DNA from: Planctomycetales bacterium
GTDB taxonomy: Bacteria > 4484-113 > JAFGCY01
Reading direction: 5' to 3'
NCBI GenBank assembly: GCA_022646745.1
Contig: CP060262.1
Span: 1,620,001-1,652,000, forward strand
DNA: 32,000 nt
Of this stretch, positions 24,276 to 32,000 are shown piece after piece. The notes below the pieces were generated by a model. The model saw only the letters and a list, made by a program, of their open reading frames with translations, was not told the DNA's origin and did not search any database. Each line of letters begins with the position of its first letter. Positions within the stretch are counted from its first letter, which is position 1. The position numbers and the translations under genes are program-made.

Positions 24276-25592
24276 ATGCCAGCCGGCTTGCTAGGCTGGA
24301 TGCAGATGGACTCGCCCGGGACAATGTGGCTGCGACCAGTGCAGATGATTGCCGGCATCCTTGCAGTTCTGGCAACATGCTCCTGTGCTGCACTGCTGGC
24401 AGATGCCAATGGCATTGAGCCTCAGACAATGCTTGAACTACAAAGTGTTGACCATTCGCAGCTGCAGAATTCAGGCCGCTCGCCTTTCAAAGCACCTCTC
24501 AGATTTAATCTCAGGAATGTATCTCCACAGGGTTGGGAATTCAATGTTGGCCTGAAGCAGTATCGCTGCGAACCCGCAGTGAATGCGGAAGGCAGGGTTT
24601 TCGTCTGTCTGGGCGGCGAATGGGATTACGGGAATCCTGAGCCGATGAACCTGCTGGCAATATCCGGGAATGGCGGGCTGGACTGGTATATGCCGCTGGG
24701 AAAGCACAGGCGGGTAAGGGTGAATATTGACAACTATGGAACTCCATATGTGATGCATGGGAGCAAGATCAGCAGACTGGACTATTCAGGGCATGTAATT
24801 GACTCAATCAGGTTGGATATCTTCAGCAGCAACTTTGTGCTGGGGAATTACGGTCAGATGCTGGCAGCCTCGGATCGGTATGATGTCAGAGTAATTGACA
24901 ACACCGGTGTGACAAGGGCGAGATTGGACAATCCCGGCAATTACGACATGATTGAGTTCCAGGACTCTCCTGATCTGGCAGGGCTCTGGCTGAAGGACCC
25001 GGATCTGCATCCCGGCCTGCTGGTTTCCAGCAATGGACATCACCTGATTTCATTCAGGGAGGACCTGTACTACCTGAATGGCAAAGGGGAGGAAATCTGG
25101 CGGCAGCCGGTACCGACGGGAAAGGTCTGCGGTATCGCCTGCCAGGATAGTATGATCGCGCTGACCACCCTTGATGGAACAGTGCAGTCGCTGGACCTGA
25201 ATGGCAGGTTGCGCTGGCTGACAACCCTGCCGCCGAAGATCAGTTCGCGTCCTTGCATTGACAGCGCGGGAAATGTCATAGCTGCCAATGTGGACGGATA
25301 CATCATCAGCATCTCGCCAGTGGGCAGCTGCAACTGGATCACCTCACTGGATGATGATTCAACTGTTCCGAGGGATAACCAGCTTTCGTTTCACTACAAG
25401 GTGCTGCTCAGTGCCGACGATCAGGTGCTTGTCACGAACACCGATGGCAAGCTTTACTGCCTTGACAATGCGGGGCAGCTCAGGTTCAGGACCAAGTTCA
25501 CTCCCCTGCAGGAGTGTTATGCGGCCTTCGGCCCTGAAGGCAGGATCCATGCATTCTGCGGCAGCCAGTATGTGGTCATTGGTGAGGTCTGA
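24276..25592 (+). CDS. exported PQQ-like/BamB-like beta-propeller repeat protein (visibly lower GC than its neighbours)
   Basis: Repeats such as ALTTLDGTVQSLDLNGRLRWLT, AGNVIAANVDGYIISISPVGSCNW and VLVTNTDGKLYCLDNAGQLRF. The signal peptide MWLRPVQMIAGILAVLATCSC suggests ATG 24324 as the real start, so the start is uncertain. Confidence 0.85.
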   Translation: MPAGLLGWMQMDSPGTMWLRPVQMIAGILAVLATCSCAALLADANGIEPQTMLELQSVDHSQLQNSGRSPFKAPLRFNLRNVSPQGWEFNVGLKQYRCEPAVNAEGRVFVCLGGEWDYGNPEPMNLLAISGNGGLDWYMPLGKHRRVRVNIDNYGTPYVMHGSKISRLDYSGHVIDSIRLDIFSSNFVLGNYGQMLAASDRYDVRVIDNTGVTRARLDNPGNYDMIEFQDSPDLAGLWLKDPDLHPGLLVSSNGHHLISFREDLYYLNGKGEEIWRQPVPTGKVCGIACQDSMIALTTLDGTVQSLDLNGRLRWLTTLPPKISSRPCIDSAGNVIAANVDGYIISISPVGSCNWITSLDDDSTVPRDNQLSFHYKVLLSADDQVLVTNTDGKLYCLDNAGQLRFRTKFTPLQECYAAFGPEGRIHAFCGSQYVVIGEV

Positions 25593-25632
25593 TTTATGGA
25601 GATTCCATGAATCCGGGTTCCGGCTATTCGTC

Positions 25633-27357
25633 CTAGCGCTTCAGCGTGACGACCTCGCCGCTGTCATCCAGTTCCACCGTGAACGGGCGGTTGGCGATGC
25701 CCGGGCCGGTGATGCGGTACAGCCTGTCAGCGTTGCCAATGAAGCTGAAGCCGCCGGTGGACAGGCGCTCCGCGGGGGCGGCCATCCAGCCCTGCTCGCT
25801 GTAGTACAGCAGCTCGTAATCCTCATCCGGTGACATCTCGCCGACTGGGGTGGTCTTGTCGTAGTTGACAGTGAAGCCGGTAGCCGGGTCATCCGCGCCT
25901 GGGCTCAGGTTAAGCCAGCGGAAGCTGCCATCGCTGCGCAGGTCGCAAAGCATGTCCGGCCGGCCTTCCTGGCGGAAGCAGAGCGCCTGGTTCAGCCGGC
26001 AGCCCACGTCGCCAAACACGGCGGCCCCGTCCGTCGCGTTCGCCGTGCACAGCCGGCGCCAGTCGTCACTGTTCCAGACCATCAGGGCCACCTCGCCGCT
26101 GCTGCGGTCCGGCACCATGATCTCCGTCACCGGGGTGTACTCCGCGGTCACATCCTCGTTGCCATCCCAGGTCTTGACGTAGACCTTCACGCCATTGCGG
26201 CCATCCCCCGGCGGCTCGCCCAGCCCGCGGATCCAGGTCCAGGCGTGGTTGCCATCCTGGTGCCCCCACCACGGGGTGTAGGCCTGGCAGCCCGGCACGC
26301 CGAGCGCGCGCAGGAAGGCATTCTCCACGTTGCTGCAGTCCTCGCAGCGGCCCTCATGCACCGCAAGCGAAGTCAGCATGCCGAAGTCCTCCCAGGTGGT
26401 ATCGCCCTCGTACTGGTAGTAGTCGGCATAGGCATTCCTGGCAACATTGATTGCTTGTTCTGAATCCTCCGCTCCCAGCCCGACCAGCTCCGGCAGCATC
26501 GCCATGTAGAAATGGCGGCGCCAGCGCTGCAGCGGCTCGCCTGATCCGCGCGGGGACAGCACCTGCTGCAGGAAATCGCTTTCGCTGACATCGGCGGCCC
26601 AGGGGAACTCGTAGCGCGCCTTGACGGCATAGTACACATTCTCGTAGAACACCCGCGCGCTGACAGCCTGCAGGTCGGGGATGCTGTCCGTGCCATTCTC
26701 ACGCCGGAAGCTCATCGCGTCCATGCGGGAAATCAGCCAGATCGCGGGGCGGGCCGATAGATGCCCGTAATCCGAGTCGGCCAGTGCGGCCAGTGCGAGC
26801 GCGAGTTCAGCCTGCCGGGTGCCATCCGCATTGTAGTTGGCAGCGGCCCGCTCAATGGTTGCAGGATCCCAGGGCTCGTAGGCAGATGCCCGCAGGGTCT
26901 GCTGCCAGGTTTTCTCCGGGTCCGGGGCAGCGCTGGCTCGCCACTGAGCCAGTGCCACATCCTCCTTCTGTGCCCACAGCTCGGCCGAATACAGCCGCCT
27001 GAGCACCCTGGCGCGCGACTCATCCAGCGTGCGGTCATTGCGCTTCTTGCCATCGCGGAACATCAGCGCGTGGATGCTGCCATCCGGGCAGTCCACCAGC
27101 ATGTACAGCTTCGGCGTGGCGAAGCGCTGCAGCTGCCCGGCCTCCCAGCCCAGCCCGGCGATGTCAGCCGCCATCGCCTCGGGGATGCTGAGGATCTGGA
27201 CTGCGTCGGCAATCGCCGGATCACTGGGGTCCGTGCCGTTGAAGAAGTTACCGGCGATGTACTCGCGTGCGTAATCCGGCAGTTCGGCAGCGAAGGCCTG
27301 GCCTGAAAGCAGGGCGCAGGCGAGGATTGTCAGACAGAAATGGAAGTACTTACCCAT
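25633..27357 (-). CDS. exported transglutaminase-like (papain-fold Cys-His-Asp) domain protein
   Basis: Start moved to ATG 27357, giving the signal peptide MGKYFHFCLTILACALLSGQAFA. The transglutaminase core pattern is EGRCEDCSNVENAFLRALGVPGCQAY...GNHAWTWI. Confidence 0.85.
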   Translation of the reverse strand: MGKYFHFCLTILACALLSGQAFAAELPDYAREYIAGNFFNGTDPSDPAIADAVQILSIPEAMAADIAGLGWEAGQLQRFATPKLYMLVDCPDGSIHALMFRDGKKRNDRTLDESRARVLRRLYSAELWAQKEDVALAQWRASAAPDPEKTWQQTLRASAYEPWDPATIERAAANYNADGTRQAELALALAALADSDYGHLSARPAIWLISRMDAMSFRRENGTDSIPDLQAVSARVFYENVYYAVKARYEFPWAADVSESDFLQQVLSPRGSGEPLQRWRRHFYMAMLPELVGLGAEDSEQAINVARNAYADYYQYEGDTTWEDFGMLTSLAVHEGRCEDCSNVENAFLRALGVPGCQAYTPWWGHQDGNHAWTWIRGLGEPPGDGRNGVKVYVKTWDGNEDVTAEYTPVTEIMVPDRSSGEVALMVWNSDDWRRLCTANATDGAAVFGDVGCRLNQALCFRQEGRPDMLCDLRSDGSFRWLNLSPGADDPATGFTVNYDKTTPVGEMSPDEDYELLYYSEQGWMAAPAERLSTGGFSFIGNADRLYRITGPGIANRPFTVELDDSGEVVTLKR

Positions 27358-27451
27358 GTGGCACCAGCGGCGAAGCATCGCCATCTGTACTTTACACCAG
27401 TCCGGCCCCGCTGCTGCTATGCTCTGCTGCGATGCCCAGCCGGAGCACCCC

Positions 27452-28714
27452 ATGAAGCCCGAGACACAGCCGCAGGATGACCTGGCGGCGTCCGGGGATG
27501 GCAGCTACCGGTCTGGCCCGCTTCGGGGCCTGAGCCGCAATGTGCTGCTGCTGGGCTGGGTGTCCTTCCTCGCCGATGTCTCCAGCGAAATGCTCTACCC
27601 GCTGATCCCGCTGTTCCTCACCGGCGTGCTCGGCGCACCGGTCGGGATGGTCGGCCTGATCGAGGGCTGCGCCGAAGCCGTTGCCAGCATCCTCAAGCCG
27701 CTGGCCGGACGCTGGTCTGACCGGCTCGGCCGCCGCCGGCGCTTCATCGTGGGCGGCTACACACTGGCCGCGCTGGCCAAGGGACTGCTGGCAATGGCGG
27801 GCAGCTGGCCACTGGCGCTGCTGGCCCGTGTGACCGACCGCTTCGGCAAGGGCCTGCGCAGTGCGCCGCGGGATGCGCTGCTGTCCGACAGCGTTGACAG
27901 GGCCTGGCTCGGCAAGGCGCTCGGGGTGCACCGCGGGATGGACACGCTCGGCGCGGTGGTCGGCCCGCTGCTGGCGCTGTGGCTGCTGCAGCTGAACAAT
28001 GACAACCTGCGGCAGGTGCTTTGGCTGGCGGTGGTCCCGGGACTGCTGGGTGCCGGGCTGGTGCTGCTGGTGCGCGACCGGCGCAGGCAGGAAAAGGCAC
28101 AACCGATTAAGACGGTGGCGGCGGTGCGGCAGGAAGCTACTGGTGGGAGCCTGCCCGCGGACTTCCACCGCTACCTGCTCATCTGGGCGCTGTTCGCCTT
28201 CTGCAATTCAAGCGATGTGTTCATCCTGCTGCGGGCCAGTGAGCTCGGCCTGGCAACCACTTCGGTGGTGCTGCTGTACTGCCTGTACAACCTGAGCTAT
28301 GCGCTTGCCAGCCCCTTCCTCGGCAGCCTGTCGGACATCCTCGGCAGGCGCAGCCTGCTCATCGCAGGGCTATTGCTGTTCGCACTGGTCTACTGCGGAT
28401 TCGCCTTCGCATCCAGCACGCTGCACCTGGTTGTGCTGTTCCTGATTTACGGCTTGTACATGGCGGCCACGGAAGGCGTGAGCAAGGCCTTTGCAATGGA
28501 ACTGGTGCCGGCTGAAATAAAGGGCACGGCCAGCGGCATGCTTGGATTCACGGCCGGAGCCGGAGCGCTTGTTGCCAGTATCGTGGCTGGGCTGCTGTGG
28601 GAAGGTCCGGGCCCCTGGCTGGTGTTTGCCTACGGTGCCAGCGGTGCGCTGCTGGCTGCGATCGGTTTCATGCTCTGGAAACCTGCGGGCGGTGTTGCCA
28701 GCAAGGCTGCCTGA
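27452..28714 (+). CDS. MFS transporter
   Basis: Start moved to ATG 27452 (ggagc upstream). About 12 TM segments. MFS motif A is GRWSDRLGRRRRFI. Confidence 0.9.
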   Translation: MKPETQPQDDLAASGDGSYRSGPLRGLSRNVLLLGWVSFLADVSSEMLYPLIPLFLTGVLGAPVGMVGLIEGCAEAVASILKPLAGRWSDRLGRRRRFIVGGYTLAALAKGLLAMAGSWPLALLARVTDRFGKGLRSAPRDALLSDSVDRAWLGKALGVHRGMDTLGAVVGPLLALWLLQLNNDNLRQVLWLAVVPGLLGAGLVLLVRDRRRQEKAQPIKTVAAVRQEATGGSLPADFHRYLLIWALFAFCNSSDVFILLRASELGLATTSVVLLYCLYNLSYALASPFLGSLSDILGRRSLLIAGLLLFALVYCGFAFASSTLHLVVLFLIYGLYMAATEGVSKAFAMELVPAEIKGTASGMLGFTAGAGALVASIVAGLLWEGPGPWLVFAYGASGALLAAIGFMLWKPAGGVASKAA

Positions 28715-28735
28715 ACGGAAGGGTTGCCAAGGCCA

Positions 28736-30448
28736 TCAGGACCTGGCCGGCGGATCATCCAGCAGCTCCAGCACCGCTTCGGTCAATGCCTCGCCTGCCG
28801 CCAGTTCACCGGCCACCACACGGGTCGCCCCCAGTTCGCTGAGTGGCTGCACCTGGCTGGCCAGCGGGGTGCGCACCACCACCGGGATGTCGGCGCGCAT
28901 GTCGCGCACGAGGCTGATCGCGCGGCGCAGGATGCCGTCGTCATTGAACATCAGCGCCAGTGCGCTGGCGCGTTCGATGCCGGCATGCTCCAGCACCTCG
29001 CGTGCGGTGGCGTCGCCATAGTAGACCGGTTCGCCCTGCTGGCGCTGCTCCTGCACCGTGCGGCTGTTCAGCTCAAGCACCAGGTAGGGCCGGCCGGCGG
29101 CGCGCAGGGCCTCAACCAGCATCCGGCCGCTCGGGCCCATCCCGGCGATGATCACATGCCCGCTCAGCGAGCCATGCTCCTCGTCCGCCTCGTCCATGCC
29201 GCGTGCGCGCAGCAGGCGCTCCAGCGGCCTGAGCAGGCGCTGGCCGGCGCTGAAGTGCGGTGCGGCCTGCAGGATCAGCGGGGTGAGGAACATCGAAACC
29301 AGGCCGGCGCAGAGCAGGGCGTCCGCCAGCCCGGCCAGGTTGTCACGCAGGATGCCGCCCTCGGCCTGGCCGGCCATCAGCAGGATGTAGCCGAACTCGC
29401 CGAACTGCGCGAGGCCGAAGCCGAACATGATCGCGATCCGCGCCGGGAAGCGCAGGAACATCCCGCCAAGCGTTGCCACGATGCCCTTGCCGAGCAGCAG
29501 CACGCCGAGCAGGCCGAACACCAGCAGCGGCTGCCTGAACAGCACGCCCATGTCGAACAGCATGCCGATCAGCACGAAGAACAGCGAGAAGAACACATCG
29601 CGCAGCGGGATCACTTCGCTGAGCGTGCGGTGCGCGTAGTCGGAGTTTGACAGCATGATGCCGGCCATGAAGGCCCCGAGCGCCGGGGAGAGGCCGGCCT
29701 TGGCGGTGATGCCGGCCAGGCCGAGTGAGAGGGTCAGCACGGTCAAAAGGAAGATGTCGCGGCTGCGCAGGGCACTGATCTGCTCGAGCACCCAGTTGAC
29801 GACGTAGCGTGCACTGAGCCAGGTCAGGGCCAGGATCAGGGTGGCCTTGAGCGCCACGCTGCCGAGCTCCGTTACCAGCGAGCCCCCGTCCCCGCGCAAC
29901 AGCGGCACGGCGATGATCATCGGCACGATCGCGAGGTCCTGCATGATCAGGGTGCCGAGGATCAGCCGGCCGTGCGGGGCCTCCAGTTCGTTGCGGTCCT
30001 TCAGGCTGCGCAGCACGATCGCCGTGCTGGACAGCGAAAGCACCATCCCGAGGAACAGTGCTTGCTGGCTTGTGAGCCCGAAGGCCATCCCGCCGATGAA
30101 GGCGATGCCGATCGTCAGGCCGATCTGGGCCACGCCGGCCAGCAGGGCCAGTGGGCCGGCGGCCTTGATGCGCTCGCGGCTGAATTCGAGGCCGATGGTG
30201 AACAGCAGCAGCGCCACGCCGATCTCGCCGAGCATGGTGAGGTCGTCGCTGCTGCGCACAAGTCCCAGCCCGTGTGGCCCGGCCACTGCACCGGCCAGCA
30301 GGAAGCCGCTGACGACGGGCAGCTTGAGCTTGCCCAGCAGCAGCGCGGCGATGATCGCTGCCACGGCCAGCACCATCACGTCGATCAGCAGTGCGCTTTC
30401 GGGATGGGAGGCTCCGGCGAGCAGGGCGACTGGGAAGGGCAAGTTCAC
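28736..30448 (-). CDS. CPA2 monovalent cation:proton antiporter (Kef-type) with a C-terminal RCK/TrkA-N domain
   Basis: The Na_H_exchanger-like membrane domain starts at ...LPVVSGFLLAGAVAGPHGLGLV. The Rossmann motif is HVIIAGMGPSGR. The start is uncertain: GTG 30448 is preferred, and ATG 30376 is possible. The track start at 30643 would translate a hexamer microsatellite. Confidence 0.85.
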   Translation of the reverse strand: MNLPFPVALLAGASHPESALLIDVMVLAVAAIIAALLLGKLKLPVVSGFLLAGAVAGPHGLGLVRSSDDLTMLGEIGVALLLFTIGLEFSRERIKAAGPLALLAGVAQIGLTIGIAFIGGMAFGLTSQQALFLGMVLSLSSTAIVLRSLKDRNELEAPHGRLILGTLIMQDLAIVPMIIAVPLLRGDGGSLVTELGSVALKATLILALTWLSARYVVNWVLEQISALRSRDIFLLTVLTLSLGLAGITAKAGLSPALGAFMAGIMLSNSDYAHRTLSEVIPLRDVFFSLFFVLIGMLFDMGVLFRQPLLVFGLLGVLLLGKGIVATLGGMFLRFPARIAIMFGFGLAQFGEFGYILLMAGQAEGGILRDNLAGLADALLCAGLVSMFLTPLILQAAPHFSAGQRLLRPLERLLRARGMDEADEEHGSLSGHVIIAGMGPSGRMLVEALRAAGRPYLVLELNSRTVQEQRQQGEPVYYGDATAREVLEHAGIERASALALMFNDDGILRRAISLVRDMRADIPVVVRTPLASQVQPLSELGATRVVAGELAAGEALTEAVLELLDDPPARS

Positions 30449-30473
30449 TGCTAATAGTTTACTGGTTACAAAT

Positions 30474-30586
30474 GGGGGATGAGGGATGATGGATGGGGGG
30501 ATGGGCAGAAGCAGAATCAGAATGAGAAGCAGAATCAGAATGAGAAACAGAAACAGAAACAGAAGCAGAAGCAGAAGATGATGAAG
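30474..30586. repeat. strand-asymmetric purine-rich tract: 4x GGATG, then 12 tandem hexamers (CAGAAN/GAGAAN)
   Basis: 30506-30577 reads cagaag cagaat cagaat gagaag cagaat cagaat gagaaa cagaaa cagaaa cagaag cagaag cagaag. It includes an 18-nt superunit twice (30512-29 and 30530-47). The only C residues on the + strand are those of the CAG triplets. Confidence 0.9.
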
Positions 30587-30748
30587 TACCGGCGCGGCCC
30601 TGCCGCGATTGCACGCGGGATGTGGAAATGGGGCAAGGCGCAACCTGAGTGAGGGTATGTTGCCAGAATTCCTTTTTCCCTGCGCCGCAGGATCCTTCTG
30701 CGTCTCTGCGCCAGAAGACCCGCCACGTTGTGCCCCCTCGCAAGTCGA

Positions 30749-30766
30749 ATCACGCCATGGCGTGAT
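30749..30766. promoter_or_regulatory. perfect 18-bp palindrome ATCACGCCATGGCGTGAT
   Basis: Read directly from the sequence. Additional ATCAC(A/G) half-sites lie at 30784-89 and 30807-12, and CGAATCAC is repeated at 30746 and 30781. Confidence 0.35.
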
Positions 30767-30917
30767 GAGGCCTGATGCTACGAATCACAGGGATATGGAG
30801 CCAATAATCACGAGCCGCGCAGCCTCGCGGGAAGCTGTGTACCCGCCAGTCTGGTTTTATTGGCGAAGAGGCGCAGAGATTCAGGAGGCGCAGAGCTTGA
30901 CAATGTACGCGAGGCTA

Positions 30918-30946
30918 ATTGCTCATTCTTCATAGCTCATTGCTTC
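30918..30946. repeat. second copy of the GAGCAATGA-type repeat
   Basis: attgctcattcttcatagctcattgcttc matches 23958-23986 (attgctcactcttcattgctcattgctcc) at 26 of 29 positions. It overlaps the stop codon of the 30937 gene. Confidence 0.6.
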
Positions 30947-32000
30947 GCAGTAGGTATTTCCATGCAAACCAGGCGCATCATCCCTGAGCCGATCGGCTCT
31001 CCCTGCTTGTCGAGTTCCACCTCGAAGCCGTATACCGTGCCGAACTCCTGGCGGTCGCGTGAGTTGCGATAAAGGTGTCGGATCAGGACGTCGTCGGAGC
31101 AGGTGTACAAAGCCTGCTTGCCATCCGGCTGCAGGTACAGAAGCGAGTTCCAGTCCCGTGCCTGCCGTGGGGCAATCAGCTCCGCGATTGTCGGATTGGA
31201 AGAGTGGTTGATTCGCATCGATTTCAGCAGGTTACGGCGGCTTTTCTGGATACTGCTGTCTGCGCCAGGTTTGCCCTCCAGCAGCAATGCTCCATCATCT
31301 GCGATGTCGTATATCAGGGAAGCATGGTAGCTGCCCGTCTGATAGCTCTGCACCGCCATGTTTTCCATGTCCAGCAGCCTGATGCTGGAGTCGATCTCAT
31401 ATTCGTTACCATGAGTGGCTCCGCTGGCAATCCATGCCAGCCACTGCCCCTTGCCGCGCCCGGTGTGCACCATGCTCTCCTCGCGATCGCTGTACAGCAG
31501 TGCTCCTGAAGGTGTACAGAGTTGCACGAGTTGGTCGTGCCCTGAAGCATCACGTGCAAAACCATAGTAGTTGCCATTGTCCAGTTGCATCGCACGGTTG
31601 ATCCTGCCGGGAATCAGGGGCTGAACCTGCCCATAGCCCTCTTCCCCCTCGCGGTAGTAGTTGTACACGGTGCCCATTGCCCCGTTCTGCTTCATGCATG
31701 TTGTCAGCCTGCCATTGTCTTCAACGAACAGGTCATGCAGCTCGCCTTGCAGAGTCAGGTGGTCCATCGAATGCAGTAACTTTCCCTCGTCATCCAGCAG
31801 GAACACCTTGTCCGAATTGGCAAGCGCGATGAACTCGCCCGATGGGCTGCAGTCCAGCCTGGATTTTCTTCTCGTGGTCTGTACGCCGCCCTCCAGGCTG
31901 CTTTGCCAGTTGGTTGAACCGTCATTGATGTTCAGGCAGCGCAGGATATTGCCATTGTTGAACACCAGTAGCCCAGCCGTATCAGAGTAAACCCAGCGGC
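30937..32000 (-). CDS. beta-rich, probably beta-propeller, hypothetical protein (5' end outside the window)
   Basis: The track starts this ORF at GTG 31965, but the frame stays open to the window edge (upstream in-frame residues ...RWVYSDTAGLL). Repeats resemble propeller blades (GNILRCLNINDGSTNWQ, DKVFLLDDEGKLLH). GC is lower than the window average. Confidence 0.8.
   Translation of the reverse strand, partial: RWVYSDTAGLLVFNNGNILRCLNINDGSTNWQSSLEGGVQTTRRKSRLDCSPSGEFIALANSDKVFLLDDEGKLLHSMDHLTLQGELHDLFVEDNGRLTTCMKQNGAMGTVYNYYREGEEGYGQVQPLIPGRINRAMQLDNGNYYGFARDASGHDQLVQLCTPSGALLYSDREESMVHTGRGKGQWLAWIASGATHGNEYEIDSSIRLLDMENMAVQSYQTGSYHASLIYDIADDGALLLEGKPGADSSIQKSRRNLLKSMRINHSSNPTIAELIAPRQARDWNSLLYLQPDGKQALYTCSDDVLIRHLYRNSRDRQEFGTVYGFEVELDKQGEPIGSGMMRLVCMEIPTAKQ

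Noticed and set aside
30449-30643. An N-terminal extension of the Kef ORF from ATG 30643, encoding a Leu/Phe/Ile repeat.
   Set aside because: The extension is the translation of a hexanucleotide microsatellite with atypical codons (CTT, TTT, ATT), followed by a Pro-rich linker. Kef homologues start about 20-25 residues before the conserved G-[FY]-L-x-A-G motif. I keep it as an alternative in the findings.
30661-30700. The 9-mer cgcaggatc with a preceding T-run occurs both at 24024 (after the first repeat locus) and at 30685 (near the second). This hinted at a larger shared element.
   Set aside because: Only about 9 contiguous matching bases, with loose flanks. A match of that length is expected by chance in 32 kb, and the alignment does not extend.

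Overview
GC-rich (roughly 60-65% G+C by eye) bacterial chromosomal segment, densely coding. I call 24 protein-coding genes, two of them cut by the window edges. I recognised no rRNA, tRNA, CRISPR array, integrase, transposase or phage gene, and I cannot assign a taxon. The window is rich in exported proteins built from beta-propeller, PKD and FN3 modules. These are 1..873, 1572..4316, 7430..9463, 24276..25592 and 30937..32000, plus a lipoprotein at 17280..19874 with dockerin-like repeats and a possible clan-CD cysteine peptidase core. Between them are housekeeping or accessory genes: an FeS-BCP photolyase/cryptochrome, an SDR, two TetR regulators, a chemoreceptor, an alpha/beta hydrolase, a HAD phosphatase, a CDF transporter, a dienelactone hydrolase, a transglutaminase-like protein, an MFS transporter and a Kef-type antiporter. 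I cannot prove a single clear novel system from sequence alone. The best candidates are: (1) an XRE-HTH/TPR regulator directly upstream of the dockerin/peptidase lipoprotein. (2) An exported CxxC/Met/His-rich GyrI-like protein with a poly-Asp tail, divergent from the CDF transporter. (3) Two paralogous lipoprotein genes that share an N-terminal module and a similar AT-rich GATAT promoter and hairpin leader. (4) A 36-codon Lys/Ala-rich gene that the ORF track misses. (5) A dispersed repeat with a 14-nt unit, and a (CAGAAN)12 microsatellite in a ~490-bp untranslated region upstream of the Kef gene. (6) Several promoters whose -10 box sits 6 nt before the start codon, which suggests leaderless mRNAs. 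Many long antisense ORFs in the track are GC-driven shadows and were not called.
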